A DNA stretch of 64,000 nt from Eledone cirrhosa (Eukaryota): positions 16,492,001-16,556,000 of the forward strand of contig OZ024754.1 in NCBI GenBank assembly GCA_964016885.1. The letters run 5' to 3'. Position numbers and translations under genes: made by a program. Of the stretch, positions 51,640 to 64,000 are shown piece by piece (the stretch's first letter is position 1; each line of letters opens with the position of its first letter). The notes under the pieces were generated by a model that worked only from the letters and a program-made list of their open reading frames with translations, was not told where the DNA came from and made no database searches.

Positions 51640-52310
51640 ACTCTTCTGCTATGTCCTGGAGGACTACTATGACTGCACTTCTGTACATGGCTTGCACAAC
51701 CTGCAAAAACCATTAATCTAACCTTAGTTTCCTTACTGACCACCAAATTACAAAGCATGGGATCCTATCAGAGAAGAAATATATTTGTTAGAAGATTATA
51801 AATAAGTGACCTATAGTGGATATAGTATTGTGTAGTATCTTATATATCTCATATGTTCTAAAGATCTACAGATATATTATAGTTTCTGGGTATGACACTG
51901 AATTCCACAAATTTTCTGATCTTTGAGAAACATCCTAAGGCTCCATGCTTGTTTATCTATAGTAGATAATGAGAATCTACTTCAATGTATTCTTAGAAAC
52001 TCAGGAGATATCTGCTGCCCACTCTGTTAAAATGAAACTTAATATCTGTCTTCTAGTTAAAAGTAAACAACTGAGAATTTTCTAAATATTTGTAATACAA
52101 TATTTTTTTTTAACTTCAGGTACTATTTTCCTGTCTATTTATAATTCTTGAACAGCAGAATATTCAGTTGAATTATGTAGATTGATGTGTCATTGATTGT
52201 CATTTTAAATAACTGCATTGTTATAAAAGAGAAAAAAAATTGGAATAAAGAAGTTGGTTCATTAATAACAGAAGATGTGTAGATGTTAGATACTTATCAA
52301 AGTTTCTGTC

Positions 52311-52600
52311 AGTTTAGAGAAGAGAGTGATGTTGACTCTTTCATGGTATCTATAACAACTGCAAGATAGTTTGTTGTGAAAGATACTGTCAATTTAAAGA
52401 AGAGGGATATTAACTCTTTCTTGGTAACTATAACTGCAAGATAATTTATTGTCATAGATACCGTCAATTTAGAGAAGAGAGACATTGACTCTTGAAGTCT
52501 GCAAGATAGTTTGTTGTCAAAGTTACCATCAATTTAGAGAAGAGAGACATTAACTCTTTCATGGTAACTATGAAGACTGCAAGACAGTTTGTTGTCAATG
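52311..52600. repeat. Degenerate ~70-bp tandem repeat, about 4 copies
   Basis: aatttagagaagagagacattaactctttcatggtaacta...ctgcaagatagtttgttgtc recurs. Confidence 0.7.
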
Positions 52601-53064
52601 TTATTTTAAAAATAAAGATTAAAAAAAAGAAAAAGAATTGGATCTATGGAACAATATCTATACCCCCCCGCCTCCGTATCAAACTAAAATCCAATACATT
52701 TATGTCAGTTTCAAAATTGGAGAAAAAGAATTGGTTTTTCATATGGTTGCAATGCATAGAATAGCAATATTTCTCTGATTTAATGTCATAACATTAATAC
52801 TAGCCATAGTTCAGCTAGAACCAACATGGCTTCGAAATATGTCAAAATGGATTTTAAAAAGATATATATTTCAAGAGGTCACTTTAATTAATTGAACCAA
52901 AATGTGATTCTTACTGATCTTTTCTTCCTTCCTGTTTTGTATGCACATGTCAATGCTACATGTTTACAATGTTAATCTAAAGCAGGGCAGAAATATTAGC
53001 AAACCATTTAGCATATTTGCTATTTTTTATTTACACTAGTAAGACATCAGTATGGTTAAGATGT

Positions 53065-56000
53065 GCACTACACTACCATTTTATAGAGTGTATGAGGTTT
53101 ACCATGGCACCAAACCTACCATTTTATAGAGTGTATGAGGTTTACCATGGCACCAACCCTACCATTTTATAGAGTGTGCTGGGTGAGGTTTACCATGGCA
53201 TCAACCCTACCATTTTATAGTGTGTACTAGGTGAGGTTTATCATGGCACCAACCTTACCATTTTATAGAGTGTGCTGGGTGAGGTTTATCATGGCACCAA
53301 CCTTACCATTTTATAGAGTCCTGGGTGAGGTTTATCATAGCACAAACCCTACCATTTTATAGAGTGTGCTGGGTGAGGTTTATCATGGCACCAACCCTAC
53401 CATTTTATAGAGTGTGCTGGGTGAGGTTTATCATGGCACCAACCCTACCATTTTATAGAGTGTGCTGGGTGAGGTTTATCATAGCACCAACCCTACCATT
53501 TTATAGAGTGTGCTGGGTGAGGTTTATCATGGCACCAACCCTACCATTTTATAGAGTGTGTTGGGTGAGGTTTATCATGGCACCAACATTACCATTTTAT
53601 AGAGTCCTGGGTGAGGTTTATCATAGCACCAACCCTACCATTTTATAGACTGTCCTGGGTGAGGTTTATCATAGCACCAACCCTACCATTTTATAGAGTG
53701 TGTTGGGTGAGGTTTATCATGGCACCAACCCTACCATTTTATAGAGTCCTGGGTGAGGTTTATCATGGCACCAACCCTACCATTTTATAGAGTCCTGGGT
53801 GAGGTTTATCATGGCACCAACCCTACCATTTTATAGAGTGTGTTGGGTGAGGTTTATCATGGCACCAACCCTACCATTTTATAGAGTGTGCTGGGTGAGG
53901 TTTATCATGGCACCAACCATACCATTTTATAGAGTGTGTAGGGTGAGGTTTATCATGGCACCAACATTACCATTTTATAGAGTCCTGGGTGAGGTTTATC
54001 ATAGCACCAACCCTACCATTTTATAGACTGTCCTGGGTGAGGTTTATCATAGCACCAACCCTACCATTTTATAGAGTGTGTTGGGTGAGGTTTATCATGG
54101 CACCAACCCTACCATTTTATAGAGTCCTGGGTGAGGTTTATCATGGCACCAACCCTACCATTTTATAGAGTGTGCTGGGTGAGGTTTATCATGGCACCAA
54201 CCATACCATTTTATAGAGTGTGTTGGGTGAGGTTTATCATGGCACCAACCATACGATTTTATAGAGTGTGTAGGGTGAGGTTTATCATGGCACCAACCAT
54301 ACCATTTTATAGAGTGTGCTGGGTGAGGTTTATCATGGCACCAACACTACCATTTTATAGAGTCCTGGGTAAGGTTTATCATAGCACCAACCCTACCATT
54401 TTATAGAGTACTGGGTGAGGTTTATCATGGCACCAACCTTACCATTTTATAGAGTACTGGGTGAGGTTTATCATGGCACCAACCCTACCATTTTATAGAG
54501 TGCTGGGTAAGGTTTATCTTGGCACCAACCCTACCATTTTATAGAGTGTGCTGGGTGAGGTTTATCATGGCACCAACCCTACCATTTTATAGAGTGTGCT
54601 GGGTGAGGTTTATCATGGCACCAACCCTACCATTTTATAGAGTGTGCTGGGTGAGGTTTATCATGGCACCAACCCTACCATTTTATAGAGTGTGCTGGGT
54701 GAGGTTTATCATGGCACCAACCCTACCATTTTATAGAGTGTGCTGGGTGAGGTTTATCATGGCACCAACCCTACCATTTTATAGAGTGCTGGGTGAGGTT
54801 TATCATGGCACCAACCCTACCATTTTATAGAGTGTGCTGGGGGAGGTTTATCATGGCACCAACCCTACCATTTTATAGAGTGCTGGGTGAGGTTTATCAT
54901 GGCACCAACCCTACCATTTTATAGAGTGCTGGGTGAGGTTTAACATGGCACCAACCCTACCATTTTATAGAGTGTGCTGGGTGAGGTTTATCATGGCACC
55001 AACCCTACCATTTTATAGAGTCCTGGGTGAGGTTTATCATGGCACCAACCCTACCATTTTATAGAGTGTGTTGGGTGAGGTTTATCATGGCACCAACCCT
55101 ACCATTTTATAGAGTGTGTTGGGTGAGGTTTATCATGGCACCAACCCTACCATTTTATAGAGTGCTGGGTGAGGTTTATCATGGCACCAACCCTACCATT
55201 TTATAGAGTGTGATGGGTGAGGTTTATCATGGCACCAACCCTACCATTTTATAGAGTGCTGGGTGAGGTTTATCATGGCACCGACCCTACCATTTTATAG
55301 AGTGTGCTGGGTGAGGTTTATCATGGCACCAATCCTACCATTTTATAGAGTGCTGGGTGAGGTTTATCATGGCACCAACCTTACCATTTTATAGAGTGTG
55401 TTGGGTGAGGTTTATCATGGCACCAATCCTACCATTTTATAGAGTGTGCTGGGTGAGGGTTATCATGGCACCAACCCTACCATTTTATAGAGTGTGTTGG
55501 GTGAGGTTTATCATGGCACCAACCCTACCATTTTATAGAGTGTGTTGGGTGAGGTTTATCATGGCACCAACCCTACCATTTTATAGAGTCCTGGGTGAGG
55601 TTTATCATGGCACCAACCCTACCATTTTATAGAGTGTGTTGGGTTAGGTTTATCATGGCACCAACCCAACCATTTTATAGAGTGTGCTGGGTGAGGTTTA
55701 TCATGGCACCAACCCTACCATTTTATAGAGTGTGTTGGGTGAGGTTTATCATGGCACCAACCCTACCATTTTATAGAGTGTGTTGGGTGAGGTTTATCAT
55801 GGCACCAACCCTACCATTTTATAGAGTGTGTTGGGTGAGGTTTATCATGGCACCAACCCTACCATTTTATAGAGTCCTGGGTGAGGTTTATCATGGCACC
55901 AACCCTACCATTTTATAGAGTGTGTTGGGTGAGGTTTATCATGGCACCAACCCTACCATTTTATAGAGTCCTGGGTGAGGTTTATCATGGCACCAACCTT

Positions 56001-59000
56001 ACCATTTTATAGAGTGTGCTGGGTGAGGTTTATCATAGCACCAACCCTACCATTTTATAGAGTACTGGGTGAGGTTTATCATGGCACCAACCTTACCATT
56101 TTATAGAGTACTGGGTGAGGTTTATCATGGCACCAACCCTACCATTTTATAGAGTGCTGGGTAAGGTTTATCTTGGCACCAACCCTACCATTTTATAGAG
56201 TGTGCTGGGTGAGGTTTATCATGGCACCAACCCTACCATTTTATAGAGTGTGCTGGGTGAGGTTTATCATGGCACCAACCCTACCATTTTATAGAGTGTG
56301 CTGGGTGAGGTTTATCATGGCACCAACCCTACCATTTTATAGAGTGTGCTGGGTGAGGTTTATCATGGCACCAACCCTACCATTTTATAGAGTGCTGGGT
56401 GAGGTTTATCATGGCACCAACCCTACCATTTTATAGAGTGTGCTGGGGGAGGTTTATCATGGCACCAACCCTACCATTTTATAGAGTGCTGGGTGAGGTT
56501 TATCATGGCACCAACCCTACCATTTTATAGAGTGCTGGGTGAGGTTTATCATGGCACCAACCCTACCATTTTATAGAGTGTGCTGGGTGAGGTTTATCAT
56601 GGCACCAACCCTACCATTTTATAGAGTCCTGGGTGAGGTTTATCATGGCACCAACCCTACCATTTTATAGAGTGTGTTGGGTGAGGTTTATCATGGCACC
56701 AACCCTACCATTTTATAGAGTGTGTTGGGTGAGGTTTATCATGGCACCAACCCTACCATTTTATAGAGTGCTGGGTGAGGTTTATCATGGCACCAACCCT
56801 ACCATTTTATAGAGTGTGATGGGTGAGGTTTATCATGGCACCAACCCTACCATTTTATAGAGTGCTGGGTGAGGTTTATCATGGCACCGACCCTACCATT
56901 TTATAGAGTGTGCTGGGTGAGGTTTATCATGGCACCAACCCTACCATTTTATAGAGTGCTGGGTGAGGTTTATCATGGCACCAACCTTACCATTTTATAG
57001 AGTGTGTTGGGTGAGGTTTATCATGGCACCAATCCTACCATTTTATAGAGTGTGCTGGGTGAGGGTTATCATGGCACCAACCCTACCATTTTATAGAGTG
57101 TGTTGGGTGAGGTTTATCATGGCACCAACCCTACCATTTTATAGAGTGTGTTGGGTGAGGTTTATCATGGCACCAACCCAACCATTTTATAGAGTGTGCT
57201 GGGTGAGGTTTATCATGGCACCAACCCTACCATTTTATAGAGTGTGTTGGGTGAGGTTTATCATGGCACCAACCCTACCATTTTATAGAGTGTGCTGGGT
57301 GAGGTTTATCATGGCACCAACCCTACCATTTTATAGAGTGTGTTGGGTGAGGTTTATCATGGCACCAACCCTACCATTTTATAGAGTGTGTTGGGTGAGG
57401 TTTATCATGGCACCAACCCTACCATTTTATAGAGTCCTGGGTGAGGTTTATCATGGCACCAACCCTACCATTTTATAGAGTCCTAGGTGAGGTTTATCAT
57501 GGCACCAACCCTACCATTTTATAGAGTGTGTTGGGTGAGGTTTATCATGGCACCAACCCTACCATTTTATAGAGTCCTGGGTGAGGTTTATCATGGCACC
57601 AACCCTACCATTTTATAGAGTCCTAGGTGAGGTTTATCATGGTACCAACCCTACCATTTTATAGAGTGTGTTGGGTGAGGTTTATCATGGCACCAACCCT
57701 ACCATTTTATAGAGTGTGTTGGGTGAGGTTTATCATGGCACCAACCCTACCATTTTATAGAGTGTGTTGGGTGAGGTTTATCATGGCACCAACCCTACCA
57801 TTTTATAGAGTCCTGGGTGAGGGTTATCATGGCACCAACCCTACCATTTTATAGAGTCCTAGGTGAGGTTTATCATGGCACCAACCCTACCATTTTATAG
57901 AGTGTGTTGGGTGAGGTTTATCATGGCACCAACCCTACCATTTTATAGAGTCCTAGGTGAGGTTTATCATGGCACCAACCCTACCATTTTATAGAGTCCT
58001 AGGTGAGGTTTATCATGGCACCAACCCTACCATTTTATAGAGTGTGTTGGGTGAGGTTTATCATGGCACCAACCCTACCATTTTATAGAGTGTGCTGGGT
58101 GAGGTTTATCATGGCACCAACCCTACCATTTTATAGAGTGTGTTGGGTGAGGTTTATCATGGCACCAACCCTACCATTTTATAGAGTGTGTTGGGTGAGG
58201 TTTATCATGGCACCAACCCTACCATTTTATAGAGTCCTGGGTGAGGTTTATCATGGCACCAACCCTACCATTTTATAGAGTGTGCTGGGTGAGGTTTATC
58301 ATGGCACCAACCCTACCATTTTATAGAGTGTGTTGGGTGAGGTTTATCATGGCACCAACCCTACCATTTTATAGTGTGTGTTGGGTGAGGTTTATCATGG
58401 CACCAACCCTACCATTTTATAGAGTCCTAGGTGAGGTTTATCATGGCACCAACCCTACCATTTTATAGAGTCCTGGGTGAGGTTTATCATAGCACCAACC
58501 CTACCATTTTATAGAGTGTGCTGGGTGAGGTTTATCATGGCACCAACCCTACCATTTTATAGAGTCCTAGGTGAGGTTTATCATGGCACCAACCCTACCA
58601 TTTTATAGAGTCCTAGGTGAGGTTTATCATGGCACCAACCCTACCATTTTATAGAGTCCTGGGTGAGGTTTATCATAGCACCAACCCTACCATTTTATAG
58701 AGTGTGCTGGGTGAGGTTTATCATGGCACCAACCATACCATTTTATAGAGTGTGTTGGGTGAGGTTTATCATGGCACCAACCATACGATTTTATAGAGTG
58801 TGTAGGGTGAGGTTTATCATGGCACCAACCATACCATTTTATAGAGTGTGCTGGGTGAGGTTTATCATGGCACCAACCCTACCATTTTATAGAGTCCTGG
58901 GTAAGGTTTATCATAGCACCAACCCTACCATTTTATAGAGTACTGGGTGAGGTTTATCATGGCACCAACCTTACCATTTTATAGAGTACTGGGTGAGGTT

Positions 59001-62000
59001 TATCATGGCACCAACCCTACCATTTTATAGAGTGCTGGGTAAGGTTTATCTTGGCACCAACCCTACCATTTTATAGAGTGTGCTGGGTGAGGTTTATCAT
59101 GGCACCAACCCTACCATTTTATAGAGTGTGCTGGGTGAGGTTTATCATGGCACCAACCCTACCATTTTATAGAGTGTGCTGGGTGAGGTTTATCATGGCA
59201 CCAACCCTACCATTTTATAGAGTGTGCTGGGTGAGGTTTATCATGGCACCAACCCTACCATTTTATAGAGTGTGCTGGGTGAGGTTTATCATGGCACCAA
59301 CCCTACCATTTTATAGAGTGCTGGGTGAGGTTTATCATGGCACCAACCCTACAATTTTATAGAGTGTGCTGGGGGAGGTTTATCATGGCACCAACCCTAC
59401 CATTTTATAGAGTGCTGGGTGAGGTTTATCATGGCACCAACCCTACCATTTTATAGAGTGCTGGGTGAGGTTTATCATGGCACCAACCCTACCATTTTAT
59501 AGAGTGTGCTGGGTGAGGTTTATCATGGCACCAACCCTACCATTTTATAGAGTCCTGGGTGAGGTTTATCATGGCACCAACCCTACCATTTTATAGAGTG
59601 TGTTGGGTGAGGTTTATCATGGCACCAACCCTACCATTTTATAGAGTGTGTTGGGTGAGGTTTATCATGGCACCAACCCTACCATTTTATAGAGTGCTGG
59701 GTGAGGTTTATCATGGCACCAACCCTACCATTTTATAGAGTGTGATGGGTGAGGTTTATCATGGCACCAACCCTACCATTTTATAGAGTGCTGGGTGAGG
59801 TTTATCATGGCACCGACCCTACCATTTTATAGAGTGTGCTGGGTGAGGTTTATCATGGCACCAACCCTACCATTTTATAGAGTGCTGGGTGAGGTTTATC
59901 ATGGCACCAACCTTACCATTTTATAGAGTGTGTTGGGTGAGGTTTATCATGGCACCAATCCTACCATTTTATAGAGTGTGCTGGGTGAGGGTTATCATGG
60001 CACCAACCCTACCATTTTATAGAGTGTGTTGGGTGAGGTTTATCATGGCACCAACCCTACCATTTTATAGAGTGTGTTGGGTGAGGTTTATCATGGCACC
60101 AACCCAACCATTTTATAGAGTGTGCTGGGTGAGGTTTATCATGGCACCAACCCTACCATTTTATAGAGTGTGTTGGGTGAGGTTTATCATGGCACCAACC
60201 CTACCATTTTATAGAGTGTGCTGGGTGAGGTTTATCATGGCACCAACCCTACCATTTTATAGAGTGTGTTGGGTGAGGTTTATCATGGCACCAACCCTAC
60301 CATTTTATAGAGTGTGTTGGGTGAGGTTTATCATGGCACCAACCCTACCATTTTATAGAGTCCTGGGTGAGGTTTATCATGGCACCAACCCTACCATTTT
60401 ATAGAGTCCTAGGTGAGGTTTATCATGGCACCAACCCTACCATTTTATAGAGTGTGTTGGGTGAGGTTTATCATGGCACCAACCCTACCATTTTATAGAG
60501 TCCTGGGTGAGGTTTATCATGGCACCAACCCTACCATTTTATAGAGTCCTAGGTGAGGTTTATCATGGTACCAACCCTACCATTTTATAGAGTGTGTTGG
60601 GTGAGGTTTATCATGGCACCAACCCTACCATTTTATAGAGTGTGTTGGGTGAGGTTTATCATGGCACCAACCCTACCATTTTATAGAGTGTGTTGGGTGA
60701 GGTTTATCATGGCACCAACCCTACCATTTTATAGAGTCCTGGGTGAGGGTTATCATGGCACCAAACCTACCATTTTATAGAGTCCTAGGTGAGGTTTATC
60801 ATGGCACCAACCCTACCATTTTATAGAGTGTGTTGGGTGAGGTTTATCATGGCACCAACCCTACCATTTTATAGAGTCCTAGGTGAGGTTTATCATGGCA
60901 CCAACCCTACCATTTTATAGAGTCCTAGGTGAGGTTTATCATGGCACCAACCCTACCATTTTATAGAGTGTGTTGGGTGAGGTTTATCATGGCACCAACC
61001 CTACCATTTTATAGAGTGTGCTGGGTGAGGTTTATCATGGCACCAACCCTACCATTTTATAGAGTGTGTTGGGTGAGGTTTATCATGGCACCAACCCTAC
61101 CATTTTATAGAGTGTGTTGGGTGAGGTTTATCATGGCACCAACCCTACCATTTTATAGAGTCCTGGGTGAGGTTTATCATGGCACCAACCCTACCATTTT
61201 ATAGAGTGTGCTGGGTGAGGTTTATCATGGCACCAACCCTACCATTTTATAGAGTGTGTTGGGTGAGGTTTATCATGGCACCAACCCTACCATTTTATAG
61301 TGTGTGTTGGGTGAGGTTTATCATGGCACCAACCCTACCATTTTATAGAGTCCTAGGTGAGGTTTATCATGGCACCAACCCTACCATTTTATAGAGTCCT
61401 GGGTGAGGTTTATCATAGCACCAACCCTACCATTTTATAGAGTGTGCTGGGTGAGGTTTATCATGGCACCAACCCTACCATTTTATAGAGTCCTAGGTGA
61501 GGTTTATCATGGCACCAACCCTACCATTTTATAGAGTCCTAGGTGAGGTTTATCATGGCACCAACCCAACCATTTTATAGAGTCCTGGGTGAGGTTTATC
61601 ATAGCACCAACCCTACCATTTTATAGAGTGTGCTGGGTGAGGTTTATCATGGCACCAACCCTACCATTTTATAGAGAACTAGGTGAGGTTTATCATGGCA
61701 CCAACCCTACCATTTTATAGAGTGTGTTGGGTGAGGTTTATCATGGCACCAACCCTACCATTTTATAGAGTCCTGGGTGAGGTTTATCATGGCACCAACC
61801 CTACCATTTTATAGAGTCCTAGGTGAGGTTTATCATGGTACCAACCCTACCATTTTATAGAGTGTGTTGGGTGAGGTTTATCATGGCACCAACCCTACCA
61901 TTTTATAGAGTGTGTTGGGTGAGGTTTATCATGGCACCAACCCTACCATTTTATAGAGTGTGTTGGGTGAGGTTTATCATGGCACCAACCCTACCATTTT

Positions 62001-64000
62001 ATAGAGTCCTAGGTGAGGTTTATCATGGCACCAACCCTACCATTTTATAGAGTGTGTTGGGTGAGGTTTATCATGGCACCAACCCTACCATTTTATAGAG
62101 TGTGCTGGGTGAGGTTTATCATGGCACCAACCCTACCATTTTATAGAGTGTGTTGGGTGAGGTTTATCATGGCACCAACCCTACCATTTTATAGAGTGTG
62201 TTGGGTGAGGTTTATCATGGCACCAACCCTACCATTTTATAGAGTCCTGGGTGAGGTTTATCATGGCACCAACCCTACCATTTTATAGAGTGTGCTGGGT
62301 GAGGTTTATCATGGCACCAACCATACCATTTTATAGAGTGTGTAGGGTGAGGTTTATCATGGCACCAACATTACCATTTTATAGAGTCCTGGGTGAGGTT
62401 TATCATAGCACCAACCCTACCATTTTATAGACTGTCCTGGGTGAGGTTTATCATAGCACCAACCCTACCATTTTATAGAGTGTGTTGGGTGAGGTTTATC
62501 ATGGCACCAACCCTACCATTTTATAGAGTCCTGGGTGAGGTTTATCATGGCACCAACCCTACCATTTTATAGAGTGTGCTGGGTGAGGTTTATCATGGCA
62601 CCAACCCTACCATTTTATAGAGTGTGTTGGGTGAGGTTTATCATGGCACCAACCATACGATTTTATAGAGTGTGTAGGGTGAGGTTTATCATGGCACCAA
62701 CCATACCATTTTATAGAGTGTGCTGGGTGAGGTTTATCATGGCACCAACCCTACCATTTTATAGAGTCCTGGGTAAGGTTTATCATAGCACCAACCCTAC
62801 CATTTTATAGAGTACTGGGTGAGGTTTATCATGGCACCAACCTTACCATTTTATAGAGTACTGGGTGAGGTTTATCATGGCACCAACCCTACCATTTTAT
62901 AGAGTGCTGGGTAAGGTTTATCTTGGCACCAACCCTACCATTTTATAGAGTGTGCTGGGTGAGGTTTATCATGGCACCAACCCTACCATTTTATAGAGTG
63001 TGCTGGGTGAGGTTTATCATGGCACCAACCCTACCATTTTATAGAGTGTGCTGGGTGAGGTTTATCATGGCACCAACCCTACCATTTTATAGAGTGTGCT
63101 GGGTGAGGTTTATCATGGCACCAACCCTACCATTTTATAGAGTGTGCTGGGTGAGGTTTATCATGGCACCAACCCTACCATTTTATAGAGTGCTGGGTGA
63201 GGTTTATCATGGCACAAACCCTACCATTTTATAGAGTGTGCTGGGGGAGGTTTATCATGGCACCAACCCTACCATTTTATAGAGTGCTGGGTGAGGTTTA
63301 TCATGGCACCAACCCTACCATTTTATAGAGTGCTGGGTGAGGTTTATCATGGCACCAACCCTACCATTTTATAGAGTGTGCTGGGTGAGGTTTATCATGG
63401 CACCAACCCTACCATTTTATAGAGTCCTGGGTGAGGTTTATCATGGCACCAACCCTACCATTTTATAGAGTGTGTTGGGTGAGGTTTATCATGGCACCAA
63501 CCCTACAATTTTATAGAGTGTGTTGGGTGAGGTTTATCATGGCACCAACCCTACCATTTTATAGAGTGTGCTGGGTGAGGTTTATCATGGCACCAACCCT
63601 ACCATTTTATAGAGTGTGATGGGTGAGGTTTATCATGGCACCAACCCTACCATTTTATAGAGTGCTGGGTGAGGTTTATCATGGCACCGACCCTACCATT
63701 TTATAGAGTGTGCTGGGTGAGGTTTATCATGGCACCAACCCTACCATTTTATAGAGTGCTGGGTGAGGTTTATCATGGCACCAACCTTACCATTTTATAG
63801 AGTGTGTTGGGTGAGGTTTATCATGGCACCAATCCTACCATTTTATAGAGTGTGCTGGGTGAGGGTTATCATGGCACCAACCCTACCATTTTATAGAGTG
63901 TGTTGGGTGAGGTTTATCATGGCACCAACCCTACCATTTTATAGAGTGTGTTGGGTGAGGTTTATCATGGCACCAACCCTACCATTTTATAGAGTCCTGG
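53065..64000. repeat. 46/48-bp satellite array, more than 220 monomers, running off the window end
   Basis: Unit gtgtgctgggtgaggtttatcatggcaccaaccctaccattttataga, with 46-bp variants (gtcctg, gtgctg, gtactg) and 42-bp units at the left edge. Confidence 0.98.

Noticed and set aside
53325-63619. Repeated MAPTLPFYRVCWVRFI ORFs
   Set aside because: These come from the 48-bp period and are broken by every 46-bp monomer.

Overview
AT-rich eukaryotic DNA with many (TA)n, (CAT)n and (CA)n microsatellites. The repeat repertoire is what I associate with an Octopus (cephalopod) genome; this is an inference. No intact host gene is recognisable, and most listed ORFs are microsatellite or satellite artefacts. 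The window is mainly decayed transposons: several RTE LINE copies (one near full-length), RTEX and R4-like fragments, two Penelope-like elements (RT thumb or RT, plus GIY-YIG), two tRNA-type SINE groups, TTAA- and TA-flanked MITEs and a deleted DD37D (maT) transposon. It also holds several tandem arrays, including a 7-kb polypyrimidine tract and a >10.9-kb 46/48-bp satellite. The most notable signal is a dispersed set of hammerhead-ribozyme motifs in Penelope-type terminal repeats: one complete-looking motif at 20293-20418 (minus), one at the 3' end of a Penelope at 15265-15386, and a three-copy non-coding fold-back family centred next to a hammerhead-like core. Other points of interest are three tandem arrays that appear to derive from transposon ends, a SINE-bounded 414-bp inverted duplication, and a 948-bp insertion with a 4-bp TSD carrying a PHD-finger remnant. 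All analysis was by eye; boundaries are approximate unless a TSD or TIR is quoted.
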